Positions 42,997-53,085 of a stretch of 64,000 nucleotides of DNA are shown piece after piece. Every line of letters starts with the position of its first letter. The stretch's first letter is position 1. The notes beneath the pieces are model-generated. The model did no database searches. It saw only the letters and a program-made list of their open reading frames with translations, and was not told the origin of the DNA. The DNA lies in NCBI GenBank assembly GCA_964473485.1, contig CAYYPH010000015.1, positions 9,000 to 72,999 on the forward strand, in the 5' to 3' direction. Position numbers and translations under genes: made by a program. The DNA is from an uncultured Prolixibacteraceae bacterium (GTDB lineage: Bacteria; Bacteroidota; Bacteroidia; Bacteroidales; FEN-979).

Positions 42997-43344
42997 ATGA
43001 ACCTTCGCGGCATAGCCGAACAACTCCGTGTCAGACCGGTTTTCAGGATGCTGGCAAAGGTGTTGCTGAATAAATACCTGATCACCACTGTCGGGTTCAT
43101 TGTTTGGATGGTATTTTTCGATAGTAACAACCTGATCACAAGGAACAGGCTGCAGGACAAGCTGGACGGCCTGAACCAGGAAAAACAGTTCTATATCAGG
43201 GAGATAATCAAGGACAGCACCCTTACACAGCAGCTTTTAAAGGATAGCTTAAAACTGGAGCAGTTCGCGAGGGAGAGGTATCTGATGAAACGCGATAACG
43301 AAGATCTTTTCCTGGTTATCGACACCGCCATCCGGGATCACTGA
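42997..43344 (+). CDS. Septum formation initiator family protein (FtsB/DivIC-like)
   Basis: NKYLI...WMVFFDSNNL TM, coiled coil, LEQFARERYLMKRDNEDLF. Confidence 0.85.
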   Translation: MNLRGIAEQLRVRPVFRMLAKVLLNKYLITTVGFIVWMVFFDSNNLITRNRLQDKLDGLNQEKQFYIREIIKDSTLTQQLLKDSLKLEQFARERYLMKRDNEDLFLVIDTAIRDH

Positions 43345-43356
43345 TCATCTGTGGCA

Positions 43357-45855
43357 TCATTGCGGATCAACATCAAGGATGATCCTCACCGATTTATAAT
43401 CCTGTTTTCTGTGAAACTCGCTGATGACCCCGGTCAGTGTCGTTTTCATTGCCGCAACCTGGCTATCCCTTTCTATTTTCAGCATGATATGCTTGATGTG
43501 CAGGTTCATGATGCGTGAAACCATAGGATATTCAGGGCCCAGCACCCGTTTACCGAAACATTGTCTAAGGACGGCGGCCAGTTGATCGGCTGCTTTTCCA
43601 AGAATCTCCGGATCTTTATGCTTCAGTCTCAGGATGATCAGCCTGAAGTAGGGCGGGTACCTGAATTTCAGCCGTTCGGCCAGCTGCTGGCGGAACATGG
43701 CCGTGTAGTCATGGTTCATCACATCGCGGATGATCATATGACCGGGATTGAAAGTCTGAATGATCACCTGGCCCTGTTTCTCCTTGCGGCCTGACCGCCC
43801 GCTTACCTGCGACATCAGCTGAAATCCTCTTTCGGCCGATCTGAAATCGGGGTAATTCAGCAGGTTGTCGGCATTCAGAATGGCCACCAGGCTAACGCGG
43901 TCGAAATCGAGCCCCTTCGTGACCATCTGGGTTCCCACCAGGATATCCACCTGTCCCTGCTCGAAATCGCTGATGATTTGCTGATGTGAATTCCTGCTTC
44001 TGGTGGTGTCGAGATCCATCCTTGAGATGCGGGCCCCGGGGAAGAGTAATCCGATCTCCTCTTCCACTTTTTCGGTACCGAAACCTTTCATTTTAATATG
44101 ATGCCCGCGGCATTCGGGGCATTCCACGGGGATCTTTGCCGTGTAACCACAGTAGTGACAACGTAGCTGGTTGATTTTTTTATGATAGACCAGGGTAACG
44201 TCGCAATTTTTACAGGCCGGCATCCAGTGGCACAAATCACATTCGAGCCTGAGGGAAAACCCTCTTCTGTTCTGGAAAATGATCACCTGTTCCCGGCGTT
44301 CCAGGGCGTCATTAATGGCATCAAGCAACGCGGATGAAAAATGACTCTTCATTTTTCCGGTGCGGAGCGCCTCCCGCAAATCAATGATCCTTACCAGCGG
44401 CAACTCCAGGTTCCCGTAACGCTCTGGCAAATCCACCAGTCCGTATTTCCCCGATGAAGCGTTAAAGTAAGTCTCTATTGAGGGGGTGGCGGAACCCAGC
44501 AATGTTTTAGCCCCATGCAGGTGGGCGAGGTAAATGGCTGAATCGCGGGCGTTGTATCGCGGTGCCGGATCGAACTGCTTGAAGGAAGAATCGTGTTCCT
44601 CATCTACGATCACCATACCCAATGCCGTAAAGGGAAGAAAAAGCGCCGAGCGTGCTCCCAGGATGATGTCATACTTAGGCCCGTCAGCCTCCGGGTCTCC
44701 GTGACGCAACACTGCATTCCATATCTCCACCCGTTCATGATGGTTGAAGCGGGAGTGATAAACCCCGACCCTGTGACCGAAATATTTTCTGAGGCGATTG
44801 ATTATCTGTGCGGTGAGTGCAATTTCAGGCAGCATGAAGAGCACCTGTCTGCCCTGCCCGATCACTTCATCGATCAGCTTAATATAGATCTCTGTTTTTC
44901 CGCTCGAAGTCACTCCATGAAGAAGGATTACATCTCTGGTGGCGAAAGACGCTTTTATCTGACAGAAAGCCTCTTCCTGCCTCCCGCTTAGAACCACCGA
45001 AGAGGGCGGGGTCGTTAAATCCGGGGTATCGAACCTTCCGACCAACCGTTCGTATTGCTCCAGGATATTCTTTTTTACCAGGTTGCCCAATTGAACCAGG
45101 TTCCCCCTTGATTCCTTCAGCAACTCTTTGCGGGTAACCTCGGCTGTGATTCCTGTAACAGCCTGCGACAGCCTGACATAGGTCATCAGGATGTCGAGTT
45201 GCCGCGGAGCCCTCCGGTCGAGTTCATCGAACACCTGTCGGAGCGACGCCTCATCCGCACTGAATTCTTCTGTAAGGCGCACGTATACTTCCATCCGTGG
45301 TTTGTAGGGATCGTTCAGTTCCTCCTCGGATATGATAAATCCCTGGTCGATCAGCGACTTGATGACCGGAATGGTTTTCTTGAGATCAAGTATACGCGAG
45401 ACCTCCGACACCGCAATGGTTTTCCTGTTGTGAAGTGCTTCAAGAAGCAGCAACTGCTTCTCGTTCAGGCGCGAGGTATCCGGCTTTACCTGTTGATTCA
45501 GGGCAATGCGTGATTCACTGGCCAGTTTCAGCGCTGCAGGCAGGGCGGCATTCATCACATCCCCCTGATAACAAAGGTAATATGAAGCCATCCATTCCCA
45601 AAAGGTCATCTGCAGCGGTGTAACCAGCGGAACTTCATCGAGCACCGACAGGATATATTTGGGGATACCTGATGGAGGCGGTTTTTCGTGAATCCTCACC
45701 ACGACTGCGGTGTATATCCGTTTTTGTCCGAATTGCACCACCACCCTGCCTCCTGTCCTCACCGAGTCGTTCAGTTCAAAGGGCACGCGGTAGGTGAAGG
45801 TGCCGCTGACCGGCAGCGGCAACAGCACATCTGCAAAGAGTGTGATGCGGTCCAC
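43357..45855 (-). CDS. priA: Replication restart helicase (primosomal protein N')
   Basis: LHGVTSSGKTEIY, LPEIALT, IVDEEHD, LGSATPS, two CxxC pairs (CDLC/CKNC, CHYC/CPEC), RSGR. Confidence 0.97.
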   Translation of the reverse strand: MDRITLFADVLLPLPVSGTFTYRVPFELNDSVRTGGRVVVQFGQKRIYTAVVVRIHEKPPPSGIPKYILSVLDEVPLVTPLQMTFWEWMASYYLCYQGDVMNAALPAALKLASESRIALNQQVKPDTSRLNEKQLLLLEALHNRKTIAVSEVSRILDLKKTIPVIKSLIDQGFIISEEELNDPYKPRMEVYVRLTEEFSADEASLRQVFDELDRRAPRQLDILMTYVRLSQAVTGITAEVTRKELLKESRGNLVQLGNLVKKNILEQYERLVGRFDTPDLTTPPSSVVLSGRQEEAFCQIKASFATRDVILLHGVTSSGKTEIYIKLIDEVIGQGRQVLFMLPEIALTAQIINRLRKYFGHRVGVYHSRFNHHERVEIWNAVLRHGDPEADGPKYDIILGARSALFLPFTALGMVIVDEEHDSSFKQFDPAPRYNARDSAIYLAHLHGAKTLLGSATPSIETYFNASSGKYGLVDLPERYGNLELPLVRIIDLREALRTGKMKSHFSSALLDAINDALERREQVIIFQNRRGFSLRLECDLCHWMPACKNCDVTLVYHKKINQLRCHYCGYTAKIPVECPECRGHHIKMKGFGTEKVEEEIGLLFPGARISRMDLDTTRSRNSHQQIISDFEQGQVDILVGTQMVTKGLDFDRVSLVAILNADNLLNYPDFRSAERGFQLMSQVSGRSGRKEKQGQVIIQTFNPGHMIIRDVMNHDYTAMFRQQLAERLKFRYPPYFRLIILRLKHKDPEILGKAADQLAAVLRQCFGKRVLGPEYPMVSRIMNLHIKHIMLKIERDSQVAAMKTTLTGVISEFHRKQDYKSVRIILDVDPQ

Positions 45856-45870
45856 GAAAAAATAAAATTG

Positions 45871-46851
45871 TCAGAGCGCAAGAATGCGCGACATTTCGAG
45901 AAGGTCCTTATTGATATCCTTGTGATGCTTGATGGCTTTCTCAAAAGGGGTGTAGGTCACCTCTTTGTTTACGATACCGGCCATCACGTCACGGTGTCCT
46001 TCCATCAGTCCCCGGACTGCCAGGAAACCCAGGCTGCTGGCGAGTACACGGTCGAAGGCACTGGGCGCCCCCCCGCGTTGAATATGACCGAGAATGGTTA
46101 CCCGTGCATCGATCTCAGGTAATTTCTCTTTGACTTTGGCGGCAACTTCGTAGGCTCCTCCCATATCATCGCCTTCGGCAACAATGACGATTCCGGAGGT
46201 CTTGTTCTTGCGCCAGTCATGTTTCAGCAGCCGTGCAAGATTGTCAATATAGGTAGTGGTTTCGGGCACCAGGATGAATTCCGCCCCGCAGGCGATACCG
46301 CTGCGTAGCGCGATGAACCCGGCATCTCTCCCCATCACCTCGAGAAAGAACAGGCGCTCATGCGAAGTGGCCGTGTCCCTGATCTTATCTGCCGCCTCCA
46401 CTACGGTGTTGATTGCGGTATCGTAGCCAATGGTAGCATCGGTGCCATAAAGGTCGTTGTCGATCGTTCCCGGCAGTCCGATGATCGGCAGGTTGAACTC
46501 CTGGTTAAAGATGTTGGCGCCGGTAAAGGTCCCGTTCCCGCCAATCACCACAAGGGCATCGATATTGTGTTCCCTGATATTGTTGTAGGCTTGAAGCCGG
46601 CCTTCATATTCCATAAAACGCTTGCTTCGGGCTGTTTTGAGTATCGTACCTCCACGCTGGATGATATTGCTTACGGAATGACTGTATAACTGTTCAATCT
46701 GATTATCGATCATCCCTTCATAGCCACGGTAAATTCCGTAAACGTCCAGTCCCATGTATATGGCCGTGCGCACCACCGCCCTGATGGCGGCATTCATGCC
46801 GGGAGAATCTCCCCCCGAGGTCATAACCCCGATTTTTGTAATGTGTGACAT
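45871..46851 (-). CDS. pfkA: ATP-dependent 6-phosphofructokinase
   Basis: MTSGGDSPGMNA, GGTILKTAR, IGGNGT, PGTIDND (Gly at the ATP-specificity positions), EVMGRDAG, GHIQRGG; start set at ATG 46851. Confidence 0.96.
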   Translation of the reverse strand: MSHITKIGVMTSGGDSPGMNAAIRAVVRTAIYMGLDVYGIYRGYEGMIDNQIEQLYSHSVSNIIQRGGTILKTARSKRFMEYEGRLQAYNNIREHNIDALVVIGGNGTFTGANIFNQEFNLPIIGLPGTIDNDLYGTDATIGYDTAINTVVEAADKIRDTATSHERLFFLEVMGRDAGFIALRSGIACGAEFILVPETTTYIDNLARLLKHDWRKNKTSGIVIVAEGDDMGGAYEVAAKVKEKLPEIDARVTILGHIQRGGAPSAFDRVLASSLGFLAVRGLMEGHRDVMAGIVNKEVTYTPFEKAIKHHKDINKDLLEMSRILAL

Positions 46852-46879
46852 ACGTTTGAATTGATTTAATTTTAACTTC

Positions 46880-48031
46880 TTAGCTGTATCCTTTTTTCCC
46901 CTTGAAAAGATCAAATTTCAGGAACCGGCATTCGAGCGGTCCGTTAAACAATGTGATCTTCCGCGAGGGCCTTAACCCGATGAATTTTATCGCTCCCAGA
47001 TCCGACGAAATGAGCCAGGCCGTGCAACCGGTAAAATTCCTTTTCATTACATTGCCGATCATCTGGTAAAAGGCAACCGAGTCATCCAGTTTGATCCTCT
47101 CATCGTAAGGCGGATTGAAAAGGAGGAATCCCGGCGAGCCTGGCGACACTGCATCTTCAAATGAAACCTTCTCAATAAGCACCCTCTCCTGAAGTCCTGC
47201 AAAAGCCAGGTTTTCCGTTGCCGAACGAATGGCGCGCTCCGATCGGTCGCCCCCCCTGATTACAAGATTCGGCTCATCCTTCATGGTTAGCCCGGCCGAA
47301 CTGACCCGTTCCCACAGACCGGCATCGAAATCGGGCCAGTTCATAAACCCGTAATGGTCACGGAACCGGCCGGGGGGAATTTCAAGTCCAAGCATGGCGG
47401 CTTCGATAAGGATCGTCCCCGATCCGCACATCGGGTCAAGCAGCGGGATACCGGCGTGCCAGCCCGACAGTTTAATCAGGCCGGCGGCAAGAACCTCGCT
47501 GATAGGCGCAGGTCCGGCGCTCTGCCTGTAGCCCCTCCGGTGGAGCGATTGCCCCGATGAATCAATGGCCACGGTACATGAATCCCTGAAAAGATGAACA
47601 TTGATCCTGAATGATGGATTTGAAAGGTCGACCGATGGCCGGCGGCCCGTGATATTCCTGATCCGGTCGACAATCGCATCTTTCGACCGCTGGGCCACAT
47701 ACTGTGAGTTTGTAAAAACCGTATAGGAAATCACCGCATCAATAGAGATGGTATGGTCTGGAGAGATGATCTGCTCCCATGGGTATTCGTTAATAGATTT
47801 ATAAAGGTCTGACTGTTCAATGATCTCAAAGTGAAAAAGCGGTTTAAGGATTCGCAGCGCAGTGCGGCAATGAAAGTTGACCCGGTACATTAACTCCTGG
47901 TCGCCGGTAAAGGACACTGCCCTGTTTAGGGTGAGAATGTCGTGCGCACCAATAGATAATAATTCCTCTGCCAGGACGCCCTCAAGTCCTGAAATAGTCT
48001 TGGCTATCAGAGGAAAACCAGTGTTGCTCAT
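46880..48031 (-). CDS. THUMP-domain class I SAM-dependent RNA methyltransferase (RlmL/Trm14-like)
   Basis: GLEGVLAEEL, LHRRGYR...API.EVLAAG, LLDPMCGSGTILIEAA, NPPY; start set at ATG 48031. Confidence 0.9.
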   Translation of the reverse strand: MSNTGFPLIAKTISGLEGVLAEELLSIGAHDILTLNRAVSFTGDQELMYRVNFHCRTALRILKPLFHFEIIEQSDLYKSINEYPWEQIISPDHTISIDAVISYTVFTNSQYVAQRSKDAIVDRIRNITGRRPSVDLSNPSFRINVHLFRDSCTVAIDSSGQSLHRRGYRQSAGPAPISEVLAAGLIKLSGWHAGIPLLDPMCGSGTILIEAAMLGLEIPPGRFRDHYGFMNWPDFDAGLWERVSSAGLTMKDEPNLVIRGGDRSERAIRSATENLAFAGLQERVLIEKVSFEDAVSPGSPGFLLFNPPYDERIKLDDSVAFYQMIGNVMKRNFTGCTAWLISSDLGAIKFIGLRPSRKITLFNGPLECRFLKFDLFKGKKGYS

Positions 48032-48129
48032 GGGTGCTGTTCGTTCTGCAGAAACCGTAAAAAAAAGAGGTTGTTTGCCCGCCGAAGGTACGAAATATTT
48101 ATCCCGGGTATCAGTTACACAAGGTTTAT

Positions 48130-48137
48130 TAACTTTG
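48130..48137 (+). promoter_or_regulatory. -7 element for the DUF5686 gene
   Basis: TAACTTTG 14 nt upstream of the ATG at 48152. Confidence 0.5.
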
Positions 48138-48151
48138 AAAAAAAAGTCAGA

Positions 48152-50668
48152 ATGCAGCGACACTTTCTTATCACATTCATAATCTGCCTGTTACATGCAT
48201 TTCCCATGCATGGACAGGAGACAAATTACACCTCAGGGAAAATCATCGATGCAAAAACCCGGGAACCTTTAGCGTTTGTCAATATTGTGATCAACAATGG
48301 AAACACCGGGGGTACCAGCGACATTGACGGAAAATTCAGGCTGCGCTCATCAAAGCCGGTTACCAGTCTCCGCTTCTCTTTCGTAGGATATGAATCAAAA
48401 ACGATCAGTACCGTCAGTAAAACCAAAGATCTGCTGGTGCAACTAACGCCGAAGGAGATTGATCTGGGTGAGGTTGAGATCCTTCCCGGAATCAATCCCG
48501 CTCACCGGATCATCAGCAATGTGATCGAAAACCGTGACATCAACGATCCGGAGAAGGTGAAGACCTTTTCATACACGGCCTATGACAAGACCGTATTTAC
48601 GGCCGACATTGACACTACATTGAAAAACGATTTCGCCGCCCTCGTCGACACTACGGGATACAGGCCTGCCGGGGGGATGGGCATGGATTTCACTATGAAT
48701 GCCGACTCTGTGAAAATGGATTCGGCCACCCGTGATTCAGCCACCCGTTTTCTGGAAGATCTGATCAGCAAACAATATCTTTTCCTGATGGAGAATGTAA
48801 CCAAACGGAAGTTCATGGCTCCCGACAAAAACTATAACAAGGTGATCGCGACCAAAATGTCGGGTTTTAAAGACCCCATCATGGTTTTCATTGCCACCCA
48901 GATTCAGTCCTTTTCCTTTTATAAACCGGTTATCACCATTTTTCAGAGAGAATACATCAATCCCATCGGTTCCGGGGGGTTGAACAAATATTTTTTCAAG
49001 ATCGAAGACACCACCTATTCCGGCAAAGACACCGTTTTTATCGTTTCATTCAGGCCCAGGAAGGGCACCAATTTCGATGGGCTTAAGGGAGTTCTTGCCA
49101 TCAATACGTTTAACTGGGCGATCCAGAATGTCAGCGCCGAACCCCATCCGAACGACGGCGGGTTCATGATCAGGATCCACCAGATGTATGAGCTTATCGA
49201 AGGCAAGCAGTGGTTCCCTGTACAGCTTAACACCGATGTGGCCTTTAACAATTTACGGATCGGGAAATACAAAGCGGTAGGAAGCGGCAGGAGTTACATT
49301 CGCGACATTGTGCTCAATCCGGAGTTGGTCAGGAGGGAATTCAGCCATCTTGACATCGAGGTGGACCCGATGGCCACCGACCGTAACGAGAACTTCTGGA
49401 ATCTTTACCGGATCGACAGCCTGACGTCGAAGGACCGCCAGACTTACAAGGTGCTCGACAGCGTAGGAAAAGCCAATAATTTTGACAAGATGGCAAAATC
49501 TCTTCAGACGATCCTGACCGGCAGGATCCCATGGGGACCCATTGATCTGGACATCAACAAATTTCTCAACTACAACACCTACGAAGGATTGATACTGGGT
49601 GCTGGGCTTCACACCAACGACAAACTTTCGCAATGGTTCAGGATCGGCGGTTTTTACCAGTATGCCTTTGCCATCTCAACCTCAAAATATGGCGGCGATT
49701 TCAAGATCATCGCGAACCGGCGGCATGACCTGACGTTTTCGGGCGCCTATTTCTATGACCTGATCGAGTCGGGAGGGGTTAGTTTCCCAAGTGATTACGA
49801 AAGCATACTATCCGGAAATTTCCGGCAGCTTATGATTAAAAAACTGGATCGTACCGAGAGTTTCGGTCTCTCTATGGGTTTCAGGGCACTGAAATACGTG
49901 CTTTTCAACGCAGGTTTTACCAGGGAACAAAAGCAATCGACTACCTTCGACTTCGCCACTCAGGAAGGGAATGCCACCATCCTTGATGATCAGTTCCTCT
50001 TCTCAAATTTCACAGCGGGGTTTAAATGGGCCTATGGAGAGAAATTCATCCAGACGGTCAACAACAAGATATCGCTCGGGACCAGTTACCCGGTTATCTG
50101 GATTCAATACACCCTGGGGCTTAAGGGATTCCTGAATGGTGAATACGACTACAACAAAATCGACCTTAAGATCCGTAAAACATTCAATATAAAATACCTG
50201 GGAAAACTAACCCTGCAACTGAACGGGGGATATGTCGATCAGCCCATCCCTGCAACCAATCTTTATTACGCCCCCGGCAGCTACCGGTTAATCACGCTGT
50301 TTGCCCCGGGCAGCTTTGCCACGATGCGCAACAACGAGTTCCTGTCGAGCAAGTACCTCTCGCTTTACCTTTACCATGATTTTGGTTACCTGCTCTACAA
50401 AAGCAAAAACTGGTTTCATCCTGAGTTTGCCGTCTCACAGAATATCGGTTTCGGATGGCTTGACCACGCTGAGCGTTATCAATATATCAGTATCGCGCCC
50501 CGCATCATGGATCTGGGTTATTACGAGTCGGGACTGCTGATCAACAACCTGGTCAATCTGCAGTTATACAAGATCGGTGTGGGAGCCTTTTACCGCTGGG
50601 GGCCCTATTCGTTCGACAAAGTGGGCGACAATTTCGCTTACAAGATTTCGATGATATTTCCTTTCTGA
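48152..50668 (+). CDS. Outer-membrane protein with carboxypeptidase-regulatory-like domain and DUF5686 barrel
   Basis: Signal peptide; SGKIIDAKTREPLAFVNI...GTSDIDGKF...FSFVGYE, YNTYEG..LG, C-terminal Phe; start set at ATG 48152. Confidence 0.8.
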   Translation: MQRHFLITFIICLLHAFPMHGQETNYTSGKIIDAKTREPLAFVNIVINNGNTGGTSDIDGKFRLRSSKPVTSLRFSFVGYESKTISTVSKTKDLLVQLTPKEIDLGEVEILPGINPAHRIISNVIENRDINDPEKVKTFSYTAYDKTVFTADIDTTLKNDFAALVDTTGYRPAGGMGMDFTMNADSVKMDSATRDSATRFLEDLISKQYLFLMENVTKRKFMAPDKNYNKVIATKMSGFKDPIMVFIATQIQSFSFYKPVITIFQREYINPIGSGGLNKYFFKIEDTTYSGKDTVFIVSFRPRKGTNFDGLKGVLAINTFNWAIQNVSAEPHPNDGGFMIRIHQMYELIEGKQWFPVQLNTDVAFNNLRIGKYKAVGSGRSYIRDIVLNPELVRREFSHLDIEVDPMATDRNENFWNLYRIDSLTSKDRQTYKVLDSVGKANNFDKMAKSLQTILTGRIPWGPIDLDINKFLNYNTYEGLILGAGLHTNDKLSQWFRIGGFYQYAFAISTSKYGGDFKIIANRRHDLTFSGAYFYDLIESGGVSFPSDYESILSGNFRQLMIKKLDRTESFGLSMGFRALKYVLFNAGFTREQKQSTTFDFATQEGNATILDDQFLFSNFTAGFKWAYGEKFIQTVNNKISLGTSYPVIWIQYTLGLKGFLNGEYDYNKIDLKIRKTFNIKYLGKLTLQLNGGYVDQPIPATNLYYAPGSYRLITLFAPGSFATMRNNEFLSSKYLSLYLYHDFGYLLYKSKNWFHPEFAVSQNIGFGWLDHAERYQYISIAPRIMDLGYYESGLLINNLVNLQLYKIGVGAFYRWGPYSFDKVGDNFAYKISMIFPF

Positions 50669-50681
50669 ATGTTGACCGTCT

Positions 50682-50702
50682 AATTTAGAATAATTCGAAA
50701 TT
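50682..50702. promoter_or_regulatory. Near-perfect 10-1-10 palindrome, candidate Fur-family operator upstream of the respiratory operon
   Basis: AATTTAGAAT-A-ATTCGAAATT, one mismatch from perfect dyad symmetry. Confidence 0.55.
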
Positions 50703-50735
50703 TTGGGGCACAAAAGTCAGGTTTGAATATTTATT

Positions 50736-50743
50736 TATATTTG
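50736..50743 (+). promoter_or_regulatory. -7 element for the Fe-S/NrfD/cytochrome c/oxidase operon
   Basis: TATATTTG 28 nt upstream of the ATG at 50772. Confidence 0.6.
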
Positions 50744-50771
50744 TCCATATAATTTCATCAGCGACTCAACT

Positions 50772-51737
50772 ATGGAAGATAACCACAACCATCAACCTAC
50801 CGAAGGAGATCCAAAAGGTTCATCGAGAAGAGACTTTCTGAAGAATCTCGGACTGGCCGGGGTGGGTGTTGCAACAGGCGCGGCCGCGCTCTATTCGGGT
50901 CATATTTTTGAGGCAAAAAAGGAAGTTTCAGGTGTAAAAAGAGTGTTACTTACCCAGGACGGAAAGCTGGTTCAGGTGGATTCGTTGAAAATGAAGGCGA
51001 TGGAAAAGACCGGAGAAGAGCTGCTCACCTTTCAGGGCCGCGAAGGGATTCCCGGACGGCGATGGGTGATGGTGACCGATCTCTCGCGTTGCCGTAATGC
51101 CCGGCGTTGTATTACCGCCTGCCAGGAGGCACACCAGCTGAAACCGGAGCAGTATCATATCAATACGCTGCAGATGCAGGATTCGCCGAATACTGCCCCC
51201 TACCACATGCCCAAAAACTGCCAGCACTGCGACAATCCGCCCTGTGTTTCGGTATGCCCTGTTGATGCCACCTACAAACGCCCCGATGGAATTGTGCTGA
51301 TCGATAACGACCGGTGTATCGGATGCCGGTTCTGTATGTCGGCCTGCCCTTACTCAGCAAGGATTTTTAATTGGCTGGAGCCGAAAGATGCCGCCAAGCA
51401 TCAGGATCAGGATTACAATGTGGAGTTAAATGTCCCTCAGAAACTTGGCACCATTTCAAAATGCCTTTTCAGCGCCGACCGTCTTCGCGAAGGCAAACTG
51501 CCCTATTGTGTATCAGCCTGTCCGAACGGGGTATACTATTTCGGCGATGAAAACGAGGATGCAGTAACCAACGGAACCACGCAGGAGACAGTGAGGCTCA
51601 GCAAGCTGTTGCGCGATAACGGCGGATACCAGCTCATGCCGGAGCTTGGGACCAAGCCGAGGGTCTATTATCTTCCCCCGAAGAACCGTCTTTTCCCATT
51701 TGATGAAACTCCAGAACCATCCCCTAAAAAAGCGTGA
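50772..51737 (+). CDS. Tat-exported multi-Fe-S protein (NrfC/DsrO/ActB2-like)
   Basis: SSRRDFLK twin-arginine signal; Cys groups CRNARRCITAC, CQHCDNPPCVSVCP, CIGCRFCMSACP, KCLFS...PYCVSACP; GTKPRVYY. Confidence 0.9.
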   Translation: MEDNHNHQPTEGDPKGSSRRDFLKNLGLAGVGVATGAAALYSGHIFEAKKEVSGVKRVLLTQDGKLVQVDSLKMKAMEKTGEELLTFQGREGIPGRRWVMVTDLSRCRNARRCITACQEAHQLKPEQYHINTLQMQDSPNTAPYHMPKNCQHCDNPPCVSVCPVDATYKRPDGIVLIDNDRCIGCRFCMSACPYSARIFNWLEPKDAAKHQDQDYNVELNVPQKLGTISKCLFSADRLREGKLPYCVSACPNGVYYFGDENEDAVTNGTTQETVRLSKLLRDNGGYQLMPELGTKPRVYYLPPKNRLFPFDETPEPSPKKA

Positions 51738-53065
51738 ACCATATGGAATACAACAAATTAACCATTGAGAAAGTCACCTATGACCTGAGCCATCATATTC
51801 GGATCAACAAAGGGTTTATCCTTTGGATGGGTTTCCTGACCGTGTCGCTGCTGATATGTCTTTACGCTTATTCAGTGCAGCTCAGGGAAGGTCTGGGAGT
51901 GGCCGGAATACGTGACTATGTGAGCTGGGGCATCTACCTTTCGAACTTCGTTTTTTTCGTGGCTTCCAGCCTTATCGGTATGCTGATCAGTGCTGTTCTT
52001 GGCCTGATCGGGTTCAAATGGGTGACGCCGTTGACCAGAATCGCCGAAACCATCGCCGTGGCCTTTGCCGCTGTTGCGGGGCTGGTGATCGTTTCGGACA
52101 TGGGGCGACCGGAGCGGCTGGCCTATGTTTTCATTCATGCGCGTTTCCAGTCGCCGATCCTCTGGGACGTTACTGTGATCACTACCTATTTTGTGCTGAG
52201 CCTGTTACTTCTTTACCTTCCGCTGATAGCCGACATGGCCATCATTCACCGGAAGTTTGATGCCCTGCCCGCCTGGTTAAAACCCGTCTACAAAATCCTT
52301 TCCCTCAATTTCACCGACTCACCCGAACAGAACCGGATCATTCACCGGGCAATAAGGATCCTGCTCATCCTGATCGTTCCGATGGCCCTATCCATTCATA
52401 CCGTCACATCGTGGTTGTTTGCCGTTACCTCACGGGCAGGCTGGGACAGCACGATCTTTGGGCCGTATTTCGTATCCGGGGCCTTTGTTGCCGGGGCAGC
52501 GGCCGTAATCGTGGCCATGTACTTCTTTCGGAATAACTACAAGCTGCAAGACTACCTGACGGAAATGCATTTCAACAACATGGGCAAGGTACTGGCTTTG
52601 GTCTCGCTGGTCTATCTCTATTTCAACATCAATGAGTTTCTTGTACCGGGATACAAACTCAAACGGGCCGATGCCGTTCACCTGCATGAATTACTTGCAG
52701 GCAAGGATGCCGCGATGTTCTGGCTTGTCCAGGTGGGAGGCCTTATCGTTCCCATTATTCTGATGCTGTTCAGGAGGTTCAGGAAACCGTTGCCAATCAT
52801 GCTCATCTCTGTTGCAGTGATCGTCGCGGCGTGGTTTAAACGCTACCTGATCGTCATCCCCACGCAGGAGCATCCTTTCCTGCCCATACAGCATGTGCCT
52901 GAAAACTTTGTTCACTACACCCCCACCCTCCTTGAATCGCTTATTTCGCTGGCGCCTTTCCTCCTTGTTCTGATCATCATCACACTAATCTCCAAGTTTT
53001 TTCCCGTTATCCCGATCCACGAGACAGCCAGGGAAAAAGGGATTGAGCATGTAACCTTTGATTAA
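51734..53065 (+). CDS. NrfD/PsrC-family quinone-interacting membrane protein (10 TM, ActC/QrcD/DsrP-like)
   Basis: WGIYLSNFVFF, DMGRPER, FQSPILWD, SIHTVTSWLF, WDSTIFGPYFVSGAFVAG; about 10 hydrophobic helices. Confidence 0.9.
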   Translation: MNHMEYNKLTIEKVTYDLSHHIRINKGFILWMGFLTVSLLICLYAYSVQLREGLGVAGIRDYVSWGIYLSNFVFFVASSLIGMLISAVLGLIGFKWVTPLTRIAETIAVAFAAVAGLVIVSDMGRPERLAYVFIHARFQSPILWDVTVITTYFVLSLLLLYLPLIADMAIIHRKFDALPAWLKPVYKILSLNFTDSPEQNRIIHRAIRILLILIVPMALSIHTVTSWLFAVTSRAGWDSTIFGPYFVSGAFVAGAAAVIVAMYFFRNNYKLQDYLTEMHFNNMGKVLALVSLVYLYFNINEFLVPGYKLKRADAVHLHELLAGKDAAMFWLVQVGGLIVPIILMLFRRFRKPLPIMLISVAVIVAAWFKRYLIVIPTQEHPFLPIQHVPENFVHYTPTLLESLISLAPFLLVLIIITLISKFFPVIPIHETAREKGIEHVTFD

Positions 53066-53085
53066 TCAACAAACAACCGGAAATT

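Noticed and set aside
39034-48163. Long 5' extensions in the ORF track (glyA 39034, ppk1 40837, pfkA 46914, THUMP 48163, DUF5686 48071; also DUF2461 12169 and ECF 16865)
   Set aside because: The extensions overlap neighbouring genes or promoter boxes and lack family homology; downstream ATGs fit the expected N-termini.
50669-50771. FNR/Crp-type anaerobic regulator box upstream of the respiratory operon or the heptaheme cytochrome
   Set aside because: No TTGAT-N4-ATCAA match; only isolated half-sites.
50772-53065. Calling the Fe-S/NrfD pair a polysulfide, tetrathionate or nitrite reductase
   Set aside because: No molybdopterin catalytic subunit or nrfA in the window; the context points to the oxidase instead.
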